This document shows, in pieces, positions 39,438 through 48,663 of a DNA stretch of 64,000 bases. The notes beneath the pieces are model-generated. The model saw only the letters and a list, made by a program, of their open reading frames with translations. It ran no database searches and was not told the DNA's origin. The position numbers and the translations under genes were made by a program. The stretch comes from Pyrinomonadaceae bacterium (GTDB taxonomy: Bacteria; Acidobacteriota; Blastocatellia; Pyrinomonadales; Pyrinomonadaceae). Within the stretch, counting starts at the first letter, position 1. Every line of letters begins with the position of its first letter. The stretch spans positions 576,797 through 640,796 of the forward strand of contig CAVSKU010000005.1 of NCBI GenBank assembly GCA_963728625.1, given 5' to 3'.

Positions 39438-40787
39438 ATGACCAAACGCGCAACAACCAGCGAGCGGCGAGGCCGATTGCTGCAAGTGCTTGGTGTTGGC
39501 TTTGGTCTGGCGGTAATTGTCGGCAACACGATCGGCGCCGGAATATTCCGCACGCCCGGGACCATAGCCTCGCAGCTTCCGGATCCCTGGTTGTTTCTCG
39601 CGGTGTGGGTTATTGGGGGACTATACGCTCTGCTGGGCGCGTTTTCCCTCGCCGAGCTGGGCACGATGATTCCACGTTCGGGAGGGCAGTATGTTTTTGC
39701 GCGTTACGCGCTCGGCGAATATGCGGGTTTCATAGTTGGCTGGAGCGATTGGATTTCGACCTGCGGCACTGCCGCTGCTGTTTCTCTGGTGATTGGTGAA
39801 TTTGCGGGCGCGCTAATCCCGGCGCTCAACGGAAGAGACGTAATCACCGCTACAGTGGTCGCGGTGTTCTTCGCGTTGGTCCAGTGGCGCGGCATTGTCT
39901 GGGGCAGTACAACGCAAAACGTTACCAGTCTTCTAAAAGCGGTTGCGTTTTTGGTATTGATAGTTGCTGCGTTCGTTCTGGGTGGAGGCGGCTCGTTAAC
40001 AACCGACGCGCAACAGGCCACGCCGGCGGGTTTTGCCCTCGTTATTGCACTCGTGTTATCCCTCCAAGCGGTGATCTATACCTACGACGGCTGGACGGGC
40101 GTGGTTTATTTTTCCGAAGAGGTCAACCAGCCCGGCCGCAACATTCCGCGATCGATGTTTGGTGGGGTGGTTCTGGTAATTGCGATCTACTTGCTGGTTA
40201 ACGTCGCGCTGCTTTATGTCCTCCCAATCTCTGAAATTGCTCGCAGCGACTTCGCTGCAGGGGCCGCCGCGCAAGTAATCTTTGGACAGCGCGGCGATAC
40301 GATATTCCGCACCCTGACGATCCTCTCGATGCTTAGCGCCATCAATGCCTATCATCTGATGGCCACGAGGGTCCTGTTTGCGATCAGCCGGGACGGACTT
40401 TTTCTGAAGCGGGCCGCCGCAGTCAATGAAGGCGGAACGCCTGCCTTCGCTCTCCTCATGAGTACTGCTGTAGCCGTCCTTTTCATCGTCTTCGGTCAAA
40501 CCTTTACTAAGGTTATTACTATTCTGGCATTCTTCTTTGTGGCCAATTACACGCTTTCATTTATTTCGGTATTCGTGCTGCGCCGCCGCGAGCCTGATAA
40601 GCATCGACCGTATCGCGCCTGGGGTTATCCCTGGACTACAGCGCTGGCTCTGCTCGGTTCAGTTTTGTTTTTGCTGGGCGCGGTGTTTAGCGATACGCGC
40701 AATAGTGTGTACGCAATATTACTGCTGGCGGTTAGCTACCCGTTGTTTCGTTTGATGAAAGGCGCAGGAGTGAAAAGTGGAGGGTAA
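39438..40787 (+). CDS. APC-superfamily amino acid permease
   Basis: 449 aa with about 12 TM helices. The N-terminus is VIVGNTIGAGIFRTPG. Confidence 0.9.
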   Translation: MTKRATTSERRGRLLQVLGVGFGLAVIVGNTIGAGIFRTPGTIASQLPDPWLFLAVWVIGGLYALLGAFSLAELGTMIPRSGGQYVFARYALGEYAGFIVGWSDWISTCGTAAAVSLVIGEFAGALIPALNGRDVITATVVAVFFALVQWRGIVWGSTTQNVTSLLKAVAFLVLIVAAFVLGGGGSLTTDAQQATPAGFALVIALVLSLQAVIYTYDGWTGVVYFSEEVNQPGRNIPRSMFGGVVLVIAIYLLVNVALLYVLPISEIARSDFAAGAAAQVIFGQRGDTIFRTLTILSMLSAINAYHLMATRVLFAISRDGLFLKRAAAVNEGGTPAFALLMSTAVAVLFIVFGQTFTKVITILAFFFVANYTLSFISVFVLRRREPDKHRPYRAWGYPWTTALALLGSVLFLLGAVFSDTRNSVYAILLLAVSYPLFRLMKGAGVKSGG

Positions 40788-40836
40788 AGTTATCAGATAG
40801 GACGACGCTCACGGAATTTGCCCAGGTGATCCATCT

Positions 40837-41197
40837 GGGGGCGGACAAATTCAGAGCCGGGAGCGATAGCGACCGGATGCCAACGACCAAATCGTAATGA
40901 TGTGGGTCGACAAATTCAGAGCCGGGAGCGATAGCAACCGGATGCCAACGAACCTAAATCGTATTATGTGGGTCGACGAATTCAGAGCCGGGAGCGATAG
41001 CGACCGGATGCCAACGAACCTAAATCGTAATGATGTGGGTCGACAAATTCAGACCGGATGAGCCTACGCTCAAGCTATTGCAATTATTTATTTAAGGACC
41101 TGACCTGACTTCTTGAACTTGAGTGCCAGGGCAGGTTGAACCCGGTCGCTATCGCTCCCGGCTCTGAATTTGTCGACCCATTGAATTCGTCGACCCA
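40837..41197. repeat. tandem array (3 full + 1 deleted unit, about 66 nt) of the 40-bp TIR motif plus one inverted partner
   Basis: The unit GTGGGTCGACAAATTCAGAGCCGGGAGCGATAGCGACCGGATGCCAACGAACCTAAATCGTAATGAT is repeated across 40837-41059. The reverse-complement copy lies at 41135-41180 and an extra fragment at 41181-41197. Confidence 0.85.
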
Positions 41198-41327
41198 GGA
41201 TGGAATACGAATATTTATTTTTGCAAAGCCACGTGGACAGTTATTTACGGGGGGTCCAACACACGAAACACGGTCGCCGCTTTCACTTTTCACTTTTCCC
41301 TCTTCACAGCGTTTCCGGGAGGATGAC

Positions 41328-41861
41328 ATGAAACAATTTGTCCTGGTCATGTTTCTTATTATGACTGTCACGCCCGCAGCATATGGGCAGCAAAGCAAGG
41401 AGACTGATCGAATCAGGACGCGCAACTTGCTGGGTCAGTTACTTGCCAAAGCCGGGCCGGAGGTTAATGTCAACTTTAGCCAGAGTAAGAAACAGGCCTT
41501 CAACTATGTCGGAGTCCTGAGGACAGGGCTCGTCTACGCCGATAGCTATGACATCGTTGTGAGCGTCACTGCCAACCAGACTATCAGCTTTCGCTGCTAT
41601 CCCATCTACAAAGGCGCTTACATCAACATCGACAAGGCCAGAAATAGCGCCTTGTTAATGAGGCAACTGCTCAGACTAAGCGATGCGGGATTTCTATTCT
41701 GGGGCACTGATCCATCGAGAGACGTTTTCGCCGGTTACACGTTTACTATGGAATCGGGTTTTCCGGAAGCGGCAATAAGGGTGGTACTGAAAAGTATCGC
41801 GAATACAGACAAGTTCATCGGGCCGCTGAGACCGGCCATAGATGGAACCGAACTGCAGTGA
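41328..41861 (+). CDS. secreted hypothetical protein (possibly YbjN-like fold)
   Basis: The ATG at 41328 gives the signal peptide MKQFVLVMFLIMTVTPAAYGQ. The upstream part of the track ORF lies in repeats. The family call is tentative. Confidence 0.6.
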   Translation: MKQFVLVMFLIMTVTPAAYGQQSKETDRIRTRNLLGQLLAKAGPEVNVNFSQSKKQAFNYVGVLRTGLVYADSYDIVVSVTANQTISFRCYPIYKGAYINIDKARNSALLMRQLLRLSDAGFLFWGTDPSRDVFAGYTFTMESGFPEAAIRVVLKSIANTDKFIGPLRPAIDGTELQ

Positions 41862-41917
41862 GGGGGCAAAGCGGAGGCTTGATGCACCTGCGACAAGACC
41901 CACCGGACTGAGCTTCC

Positions 41918-42100
41918 GGCCCAAAGGGCCGAGAGTTTGTAGCCACGCCCGTGAGGGCGTGGAAGCGCAGCGCCTGTTACATGTAAGAGGCGCGAAGCGC
42001 CGCCACAGTTTAGTTGCTGTCGGCCCTACGGGCCTGGGAATCATCGATGCCTTAACCACGCCCTTACGGGCGTGGCTATTGACTGGCGGCCCTTTGGGCC
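41918..42100. repeat. nested-palindrome GC-hairpin composite element
   Basis: GGCCCAAAGGGCCnnnnnnnnnTAGCCACGCCCGTGAGGGCGTGG (41918-62) mirrors CCACGCCCTTACGGGCGTGGCTAnnnnnnnnnGGCCCTTTGGGCC (42056-100). The centre holds GCGCCTGTTACATGTAAGAGGCGC. Confidence 0.85.
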
Positions 42101-42113
42101 TAACATCTTCCCA

Positions 42114-45100
42114 CTATTCCTTCGTGAGAGGCGTGATTGGTTCCAACTTCTTCTTCGCCAGCTCGGCGTTAATTCCGGCCAGTTCTCTTGCCAGCCACGC
42201 ATCGAAGTCCTTTACGACATCGTTTAGTTCATTGGTAAGCGCTTGCGTCCGCTCCACCTGCGTTTGCGAGGGCCGTCCTTCGTAGAAGACAACGTTGCCG
42301 TAGAGGTCGCTGGAAAATTCGCGTAGTCGCTCTTCACCGGTGATAGCGCCACCCTCTTTGGTGGCCACTATTTTCTTACGCAGGTCATCCACTGCCGCGG
42401 CCGCATCGCGCAGTCGTTTCACCAGCGGATCGGTAGCCGGGAGTTTCGCCGCCCGATCTTCAAGCGCAAGTCGCACTCCATTAATTCGCTCTACGCCAAA
42501 ACTCATATTGCCGAGGAGGCTGTAAAGCTTCAAAGCAAGATCCAGTTGTGCGCGACGATCCTCAGCCGTGTGTTTTGACCTCGGATCAGTGACCACCTTT
42601 AATTCAGTGGTATGGACCTGCTTGTCCTTCGTCATTTTTACAGTGTACGTACCTGGCAACAGACGCGGCCCAATGATGGCGCCGAAGGCGGCACTCGCTG
42701 CCCGCGGAACCTGCGGTGGCTTCATACGCATTGGCCAGGTCGCTCGACTCAATCCACGCCGCTTGCTGCTTGGTATCGTGCTCAAGAGCTGGCCCTGCGC
42801 ATCGAAGACTTCGATTTTTAAGTCTCCGAAGATGTGCCGCTTCTTTTGGTAGTAAGTGATGACGGCATCGTCAGTCGGGTTTGGCCCGATAAAGACTGCA
42901 TCGCCGTTGGCCCACCCGCCAGACGCGGGAATGCGCTGGACAGATGACTTCGCGGCAATGAAAACCGCATCTTTAGCCAGCGTGTCTGGTGTTAAAGCGC
43001 GCAAAGGCGTGATGTCGTCAATGATCCATATCCCGCGGCCGTGTGTGCCGAGAATCAGGTCGTGGTCGCGCGGGTGAATAACCATATCGCGCACTGCCAC
43101 GTTAGGCAGGTCGCCGCCCTTGTATTGCGCCCATTGTTTACCGCCATCGAGCGAAACCCACAGACCCAGCTCAGTACCGACAAACAACAAATCTTTATTA
43201 ACCAGGTCCTCTTTGACGACGTGCGCGTAACCGCGAACCGCCGCGCCCTCTCCGGTTAATGGCGTCCATGTCTGGCCGAAGTCGGTGGTCCGGTAAACAT
43301 AAGGGCGCATGTCGCCGAATGTGTGGAGATCGAATGTGGCGTAAGCCGTGCCGACATTAAAATGGCCCGGTTCGATGAAAGATACCCAGGCGTTCTTTGG
43401 TAGACCCTGAATGTTTCCGACTACGTTCGTCCAGTTCTTGCCACCGTCGCGGGTAATCTGGAGGTTGCCGTCGTCAGTGCCAACCCAAACCAGATTGGGA
43501 TCCTTCGGAGATTCGGCGATTGAAAAAATGGTCGTGTGCATTTCGGCTGCCGAATTATCGACAGTGATGCCGCCGGATTGTTCCTGTTTCTGTTTCTCGG
43601 GATCGTTCGTCGTCAAGTCGGGCGAGATGCGTTCCCACGTTTGTCCGTGGTTGCGCGAACGGAAAAGAAATTGGGCCCCGATATAAATAGTTCCGTCGTT
43701 TTTCGGGCTCAGATGAATCGGCGTATTCCAGTTGTAGCGGAGCCTCTTTTCTTTGTATTGCGGCAGCGGTTTGATGTTACGCGATTCATGCGTCTTGCGA
43801 TTGATGCGGGCGATCTCGCCGCCCTGATACTCGGCATAGATGTAATCAGGATCCGCTGGGTCGGCGAACATCCAAAAGCCGTCGCCGCCGTACATGTTTT
43901 CCCAGCGGCTGTTGGTTATGCCGCCGGGATACTGTGAATCACCAACCCATGAGCTGTTGTCCTGCAGTCCGCCATAGACGCGGTAAGGCATCTCCATGTC
44001 GGCGCTGACGTGATAGAACTGGGAGATGGGAAGATTCTCACCTTTCCACCAACGGTTGCCGCCATCATAGGAATACCAGACGCCGCCATCGTCACCGGTG
44101 ATGATGTGATCCGTATTGTTCGGATTGATCCAGAGGTCGTGATGGTCGCCGTGCGTGCCGCCGGTTATGTTGCTGAAGCTCTTGCCTCCGTCGGTACTCA
44201 CGATCAGTGGAAGGTTGGGTTTGTATATTTTGTTTTCGTTCTTCGGATCGACTATCACGTGTGAAAAATAGAAAGGACGCCAGATCATAGCTTGGCTGCG
44301 ATCCAGGGCCGTCCACGTCTGCCCGGCATCGTCCGATCGATAAAGACCGTCTCGGGGCATTTCCGCTTCGACAACCGCGTAAACCACATTTGGCTTTGAC
44401 GGAGCGACCGTCACTGCTATTCGACCCCATGGTTTGGGCGGCAACCCTTTTGCGCTCTTTTCGTCCAATTCTGTCCAGGTTGCGCCGCCGTCCGTGCTCT
44501 TGAACAAACCGCTGCCGCTGAAGGCCGCGGGACTGTCGCCGCCTGAGCGGAAGGTCCAGCCTTTGCGACGAAAATCCCACATGCCCGCATAAATAGTCTT
44601 TGGGTTCTGCCGATCCATCGACATCATCGAGCATCCGGTCGAGGCATTGGTCCCCTTTAAGATCTTTGTCCAGCTCTTGCCGCCGTCAGTCGTTTTGTAA
44701 ACACCTCGTTCATCGCTATCGCTCCACAACTTGCCCGGGACGCAGACGTAGACTGTGTCTGTGCTCGCCGGATCGACCAGGATCTTCGCGATACGCTCAG
44801 ATTCCTTCAATCCCAGGTGCGTCCAATTGTCGCCACCATCGATCGATTTATAAACGCCATCGCCAATCGACACGCTGTTGCGCGTCCATGATTCGCCTGT
44901 GCCCACCCACACCACCTTTGGGTTCTTCGGATCGATCGTCACCGCGCCAATCGATTGCACCGGCTGCTTGTCGAAGACCGGCTTAAATGTCGCGCCGCCG
45001 TTTACCGACTTCCAAACGCCGCCACTCGCCGCGCCGATATAAACCGTTAACCGCTGGCCCTCCTGGACTGCGTCGAGCGCAGCGACGCGGCCACTCATCG

Positions 45101-45278
45101 CCGCTGAGCCAATGTTGCGAGCGCCCAGACCCGAGATTGTTTCGGAATCCACTTTGACGGGCGCTGCTGCCGGCTGGCCCAATGCGTTCACTGCCGATAA
45201 AACCAAAATGAGCGAAGCGACTGACAACCATCGAGACATTCTCATAGTTCTCCTGATCATTCTTCGTTGGGGATTCAT
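42114..45278 (-). CDS. VPS10/sortilin-type BNR (Asp-box) repeat protein, glycosyl-hydrolase-like
   Basis: 1054 aa with a signal peptide. There are many SxDxGxTW Asp-boxes (SVNGGATF, SIDGGDNW, TTDGGKSW, STDGGATW, SDDAGQTW, ...). Confidence 0.85.
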   Translation of the reverse strand: MNPQRRMIRRTMRMSRWLSVASLILVLSAVNALGQPAAAPVKVDSETISGLGARNIGSAAMSGRVAALDAVQEGQRLTVYIGAASGGVWKSVNGGATFKPVFDKQPVQSIGAVTIDPKNPKVVWVGTGESWTRNSVSIGDGVYKSIDGGDNWTHLGLKESERIAKILVDPASTDTVYVCVPGKLWSDSDERGVYKTTDGGKSWTKILKGTNASTGCSMMSMDRQNPKTIYAGMWDFRRKGWTFRSGGDSPAAFSGSGLFKSTDGGATWTELDEKSAKGLPPKPWGRIAVTVAPSKPNVVYAVVEAEMPRDGLYRSDDAGQTWTALDRSQAMIWRPFYFSHVIVDPKNENKIYKPNLPLIVSTDGGKSFSNITGGTHGDHHDLWINPNNTDHIITGDDGGVWYSYDGGNRWWKGENLPISQFYHVSADMEMPYRVYGGLQDNSSWVGDSQYPGGITNSRWENMYGGDGFWMFADPADPDYIYAEYQGGEIARINRKTHESRNIKPLPQYKEKRLRYNWNTPIHLSPKNDGTIYIGAQFLFRSRNHGQTWERISPDLTTNDPEKQKQEQSGGITVDNSAAEMHTTIFSIAESPKDPNLVWVGTDDGNLQITRDGGKNWTNVVGNIQGLPKNAWVSFIEPGHFNVGTAYATFDLHTFGDMRPYVYRTTDFGQTWTPLTGEGAAVRGYAHVVKEDLVNKDLLFVGTELGLWVSLDGGKQWAQYKGGDLPNVAVRDMVIHPRDHDLILGTHGRGIWIIDDITPLRALTPDTLAKDAVFIAAKSSVQRIPASGGWANGDAVFIGPNPTDDAVITYYQKKRHIFGDLKIEVFDAQGQLLSTIPSSKRRGLSRATWPMRMKPPQVPRAASAAFGAIIGPRLLPGTYTVKMTKDKQVHTTELKVVTDPRSKHTAEDRRAQLDLALKLYSLLGNMSFGVERINGVRLALEDRAAKLPATDPLVKRLRDAAAAVDDLRKKIVATKEGGAITGEERLREFSSDLYGNVVFYEGRPSQTQVERTQALTNELNDVVKDFDAWLARELAGINAELAKKKLEPITPLTKE

Positions 45279-45319
45279 GGTTTCTTTTCCGTTACGTGCG
45301 AGCGTCGAGCGGATTCAGT

Positions 45320-46144
45320 CTAAGGTTTGGTTGGTGGCTTAGCGGGTGGCTTCTTCTCGTCAGCTTTTTTAGGCAGCGCCTCTGAAGCGTCCTGCGGTTT
45401 GGCGACATCGGTTTTCACTGGCGTGGTGGGCATGTGAAAGCGAAGGTCCTCGATCGGCACGTTGGCCTCAATCTTGTCGTAGGTAATCTTCTGCCGGTTC
45501 TGACTGCCTTTAACGTTCACTTCAATCGAGTGTGGCAAATACCAGCCGGCAACTTCTTTGTAGTCGCCTAACGAAGTTTCATACTCGCGTTCGGCGCCAC
45601 GCACCATGCGCTTGGTGTCGATCTTGATTGGCACAAAGTAATCGGTGTCCATGTAGTAGTAACGGACGTCACCATTAGCGGTGGTCAGCTTGAGTTTGTG
45701 GGCGTCCGTTCCTTCGACCGGTTCCATGCCCACGTATTCCAGCTTGTTGCCCTTCTGCTGATAGTTGACGAGCGGGCCGTCAAAATCCGAGTCCTCGACG
45801 ATCTGTTTCATCTCTTCCTCGCCAAGCGGCTCGGGATCTTTTTTGCCCTGCCAGGGTTCAATCTTCCAGCCGCTCTTTCCGTCATACGCATTGACAGCAG
45901 TCAGTCCCTGCAATGAAAACTCCTGGCGCACCATGTTTGAACGTTTGTTCTCTTCAACCACCGCGGCTTCAAAGCCACCGCCTCCGGTAAACTTACCGGA
46001 GCGTCGCAAAGTTTTTACAGCCTGAATTTTCTCCGCTCCGCCTACCGTCTTAATGTACCTGGCGACGATCTCTTCCGCAGTCTGGGCAGCGGCCGGCACG
46101 GCCAACAAAGCCAGCCCGGCTATTGCAAGCAGGACTCTACGCAT
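45320..46144 (-). CDS. LolA-like outer-membrane lipoprotein-sorting family protein
   Basis: 274 aa with a signal peptide. AEEIVARYIKTVGGAEKIQAVKTL...YDGKSGWKI is the pattern of the LolA-like family that commonly accompanies VPS10/BNR genes. Confidence 0.7.
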   Translation of the reverse strand: MRRVLLAIAGLALLAVPAAAQTAEEIVARYIKTVGGAEKIQAVKTLRRSGKFTGGGGFEAAVVEENKRSNMVRQEFSLQGLTAVNAYDGKSGWKIEPWQGKKDPEPLGEEEMKQIVEDSDFDGPLVNYQQKGNKLEYVGMEPVEGTDAHKLKLTTANGDVRYYYMDTDYFVPIKIDTKRMVRGAEREYETSLGDYKEVAGWYLPHSIEVNVKGSQNRQKITYDKIEANVPIEDLRFHMPTTPVKTDVAKPQDASEALPKKADEKKPPAKPPTKP

Positions 46145-46163
46145 GATTTCTCCTTCGGTGGAT

Positions 46164-46239
46164 TGGTGGAGCCGAGGGGGATCGAACCCCTGACCTCATG
46201 ACTGCCAGTCATGCGCTCTCCCAGCTGAGCTACGGCCCC
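46164..46239 (-). tRNA. tRNA-Ala (anticodon GGC)
   Basis: The reverse complement GGGGCCGTAGCTCAGCTGGGAGAGCGCATGACTGGCAGTCATGAGGTCAGGGGTTCGATCCCCCTCGGCTCCACCA folds as a 76-nt cloverleaf. It has the G3:U70 Ala identity pair, anticodon loop CTGGCAG and an encoded CCA. Confidence 0.95.
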
Positions 46240-46340
46240 AAGCTGAATTCAATTTCAAAGGCGGCGGGTGATACCGGCCCCTCTGGTTGAATTTGTGGGC
46301 GGCCAAAGAGTAGCCCGCGCACGAAAGAGCGTCAAGTAAG

Positions 46341-46477
46341 GAGTCTGGAGTCGAGAGTCTGGAGTCTGGAGTCTGGTCCAAGGAGCGAGGCTGAAAAATC
46401 TTAGTGAGGAGCTTAGTCATGATCGCGTGCCGCTCGGTGGCGCATGACTCTCGACTCTTGACTCTCGACTCCAGACT
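46341..46477. repeat. GAGTCTGG-word inverted repeat (19-bp perfect arms)
   Basis: GAGTCTGGAGTCGAGAGTC (46341-59) pairs with GACTCTCGACTCCAGACTC (46459-77). Both arms are embedded in longer runs of gagtctgg/gactc words. Confidence 0.85.
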
Positions 46478-46483
46478 CTGGAC

Positions 46484-47206
46484 TCACCTGGTTACATTGG
46501 GCAGCTTATAAACTCCGGTACGCGCAATTTGTGGGCGGTACTCCCAATGCCAAGGTTCCCTATTCACTGCTCTTACGAACCCGAAGCGCGGACCGTTTCG
46601 TTTTAACCAGTCATACAAAGGATTGCCCTCATAAGAGCTGATGGTGAAGTCGTAAGCGAATCCGTCCTGATGATTCGAGAAGCCAGGCTTGGCGGCCAGA
46701 TTAAACCTGGGCAAGCCTCGCCTGTAACCATCGTAAAGATGCGCTTGTTCTGGATAGGTTCTGAACCCGCTCTTAAGCGCGAGCAGAACGCCATCCTCTT
46801 CCGCCGCATTGACGAGTGGTAGATAGAAATCGATCACCTCGCTCGAAACAAACTTAATCGTCTTGTTTGCGCCTACTATCTGGATGAGTGTGATCTGTCT
46901 GAGAAACTCTCCTTTGTCCCAGGCGGCCGTCGCGCCCTTCGGATCGTTACCTGACGGTTCGATTGCGGAAATGGTTTGGTTTAGAAATTCATTCTTAATA
47001 TTAGACGCCGCCGTCCAACCCCATCCGTCCGCCCTCACAAAAAGCATGTCTCGCACAAAACGAGCGTCAGTGACCTGAACTTCGGTGCCGACCGGGATGC
47101 TGCGGGGGACATTGTTTTCCATTTCAAACGCCAGCAGATCGTCGTCACGCCTGATTCGGGATTGGGGGTCTTTAATTACAAAGGTTTTATTCAGGTAACT
47201 TTTCAT
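46484..47206 (-). CDS. M15-family (VanY-like) D-Ala-D-Ala carboxypeptidase / peptidoglycan hydrolase with N-terminal SH3-like domain, no signal peptide
   Basis: 240 aa. The motifs are SGFRTYPEQ, SNHQDGFAYD and EPWHWEY (Zn-binding H-D-H pattern of M15). The N-terminus lacks a hydrophobic leader. Confidence 0.8.
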   Translation of the reverse strand: MKSYLNKTFVIKDPQSRIRRDDDLLAFEMENNVPRSIPVGTEVQVTDARFVRDMLFVRADGWGWTAASNIKNEFLNQTISAIEPSGNDPKGATAAWDKGEFLRQITLIQIVGANKTIKFVSSEVIDFYLPLVNAAEEDGVLLALKSGFRTYPEQAHLYDGYRRGLPRFNLAAKPGFSNHQDGFAYDFTISSYEGNPLYDWLKRNGPRFGFVRAVNREPWHWEYRPQIARTGVYKLPNVTR

Positions 47207-47350
47207 CGGATTCTCCTATGGAATCGTGAGAGGTTTGAGTTTCGTCAGAATGGTTTGTAGGTCACAGAACTAGCGTCTTTTAAGAGCAAGCGAGGATGCC
47301 CTTTATACTCCTAGCCTCCGAGAAATCAAAGAGTTGGACAGCGAAGCCGC

Positions 47351-47538
47351 GTGGGTCGACGAATTCAGAGCCGGGAGCGATAGCGACCGGGTTCAACATC
47401 GCAGACGGATATGTTGGATGATACAGGCGACTCCAACTGGCTAGCTTCTCAAGGATCATCCGGTCGCTACCACCACCCCACGCGGGCTGCCCGCGTGGGG
47501 ACCCCGGTTCGCTCCCGGCTCTGAATTTGTCGACCCAT
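47351..47538. mobile_element. MITE-like element bounded by the 40-bp TIR motif (right arm interrupted)
   Basis: The left TIR is GTGGGTCGACGAATTCAGAGCCGGGAGCGATAGCGACCGG (47351-90). The right arm (47460-47538) is split by a 39-nt insert carrying the hairpin CCCCACGCGGGCTGCCCGCGTGGGG. Confidence 0.7.
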
Positions 47539-47585
47539 AATGCAAGCTGCGTGTGATCCAGGAGTATTCGCGCTGCGCGCTCACT

Positions 47586-47720
47586 GCGGGCGGGACGCCC
47601 GCGCTGCCAGTGTTAAGTTGTCCTTCGTTTATTAACAGGGGCTTCAGCCCGGCGGAATCAACCGGCGCCATCTTTGGAACGGTGCCAACGCCAGGTCGTG
47701 TCACCGGCCTAAAGGCCCGT
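47586..47720. repeat. GC-hairpin modules
   Basis: The modules are GCGGGCGGGACGCCCGC, GGGCTTCAGCCC and CACCGGCCTAAAGGCCCGTG, with adjacent TTAA(T/C) words as at 27500-27720. Confidence 0.7.
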
Positions 47721-47903
47721 GTTAATAGAATTGTTCCCCCTGCCACTTGCAAGCTTGCGGGAAAGCGAGTAATTAAGGATAAGCAACCCCCTGTTACTTT
47801 AATCTCTGCCCCGGCCGTTTGCTTCGACTGCAAACGGTTTTGAAAGCGAACGCGGTCGGAAGATTTTCGACTCGCGACCTAAAACCTTGGAGGAATCGAA
47901 GCA

Positions 47904-48602
47904 ATGAAAAGACGAAATACCAAACTGTTCCAACGCGCCGCGGGTCTCTTGATTTTGATTTCCGTGGTTGTCAGCACCGTGGTTCCGGCCTTCGGCAGCG
48001 CTCAGAGGCGGCGCACGCGTCGACGAGCGCCAGTCGCCCGTGTTGTGTATTACACGGTGCCGGCAGATACCGTTATTCGAGTGCGCATGAACGAGCAACT
48101 CAATTCTAAAACCGCGCGCATCGGCGACCGCTTCTCCACCACAGTCGCAGAGCCGGTTTATGCATCAGGCGGAACTGAAGTGATTCCTGTCGGTAGCAAA
48201 ATCTGGGGCCGCGTTGCTTCAGTAACTCGCGCGCAACGCCGCAAGCCAGGCAATATCACTGTTAGCTTCACCTCGGTCGTCTTGCCAAACAGCAGGAGCT
48301 ATCCACTCAATGGATCGCTAAGCAGCCTGCAGGCAGACGATGTAAACTCCGATAACGAAGGCACTGTGTCCGGACGCAGCAACCGAAAGCGTGATGCGGT
48401 ATTCATCGGCGGCGGCGCGGCAGGTGGTGCGCTTATCGGCGCGATTGCTGGCGGTGGAAAAGGCGCCGCTATTGGCGCAATCATCGGTGGCGGACTGGGA
48501 ACAGGCGCGCGCGTTTACGAACGAGAACAGGAAGCTGAAGTTAAATCGGGAACAGAGTTCGGCGTAATTCTCAACCGGGCTGTTTCACTTCCGAAGGCTT
48601 AG
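47904..48602 (+). CDS. secreted/membrane-anchored protein with C-terminal glycine-zipper
   Basis: 232 aa with a GGAGG RBS and an N-terminal anchor. The C-terminus is GGGAAGGALIGAIAGGGKGAAIGAIIGGGLG. Confidence 0.6.
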   Translation: MKRRNTKLFQRAAGLLILISVVVSTVVPAFGSAQRRRTRRRAPVARVVYYTVPADTVIRVRMNEQLNSKTARIGDRFSTTVAEPVYASGGTEVIPVGSKIWGRVASVTRAQRRKPGNITVSFTSVVLPNSRSYPLNGSLSSLQADDVNSDNEGTVSGRSNRKRDAVFIGGGAAGGALIGAIAGGGKGAAIGAIIGGGLGTGARVYEREQEAEVKSGTEFGVILNRAVSLPKA

Positions 48603-48663
48603 CTCTTGGGTCCGTGGGCCGTGGTGATTGTCTGCGGTCAGTCGTTGCAGTATCTCTGGGGCA

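Noticed and set aside
40837-41059. Regularly spaced repeats that could be mistaken for a CRISPR array
   Set aside because: The whole unit of about 66 nt repeats, so there are no unique spacers. The repeat is the same TIR motif found as inverted pairs elsewhere. No cas genes or leader are nearby.
46196-46420. 74-aa ORF downstream of the LolA-like gene
   Set aside because: It overlaps the tRNA-Ala gene and the GAGTCTGG word repeat, so it is not coding.
46164-47540. Prophage or integrative element at tRNA-Ala
   Set aside because: Only one phage-like gene (the M15 peptidase) is present. I could find no integrase and no duplicated tRNA 3' segment by eye. It is kept only as a low-level finding.
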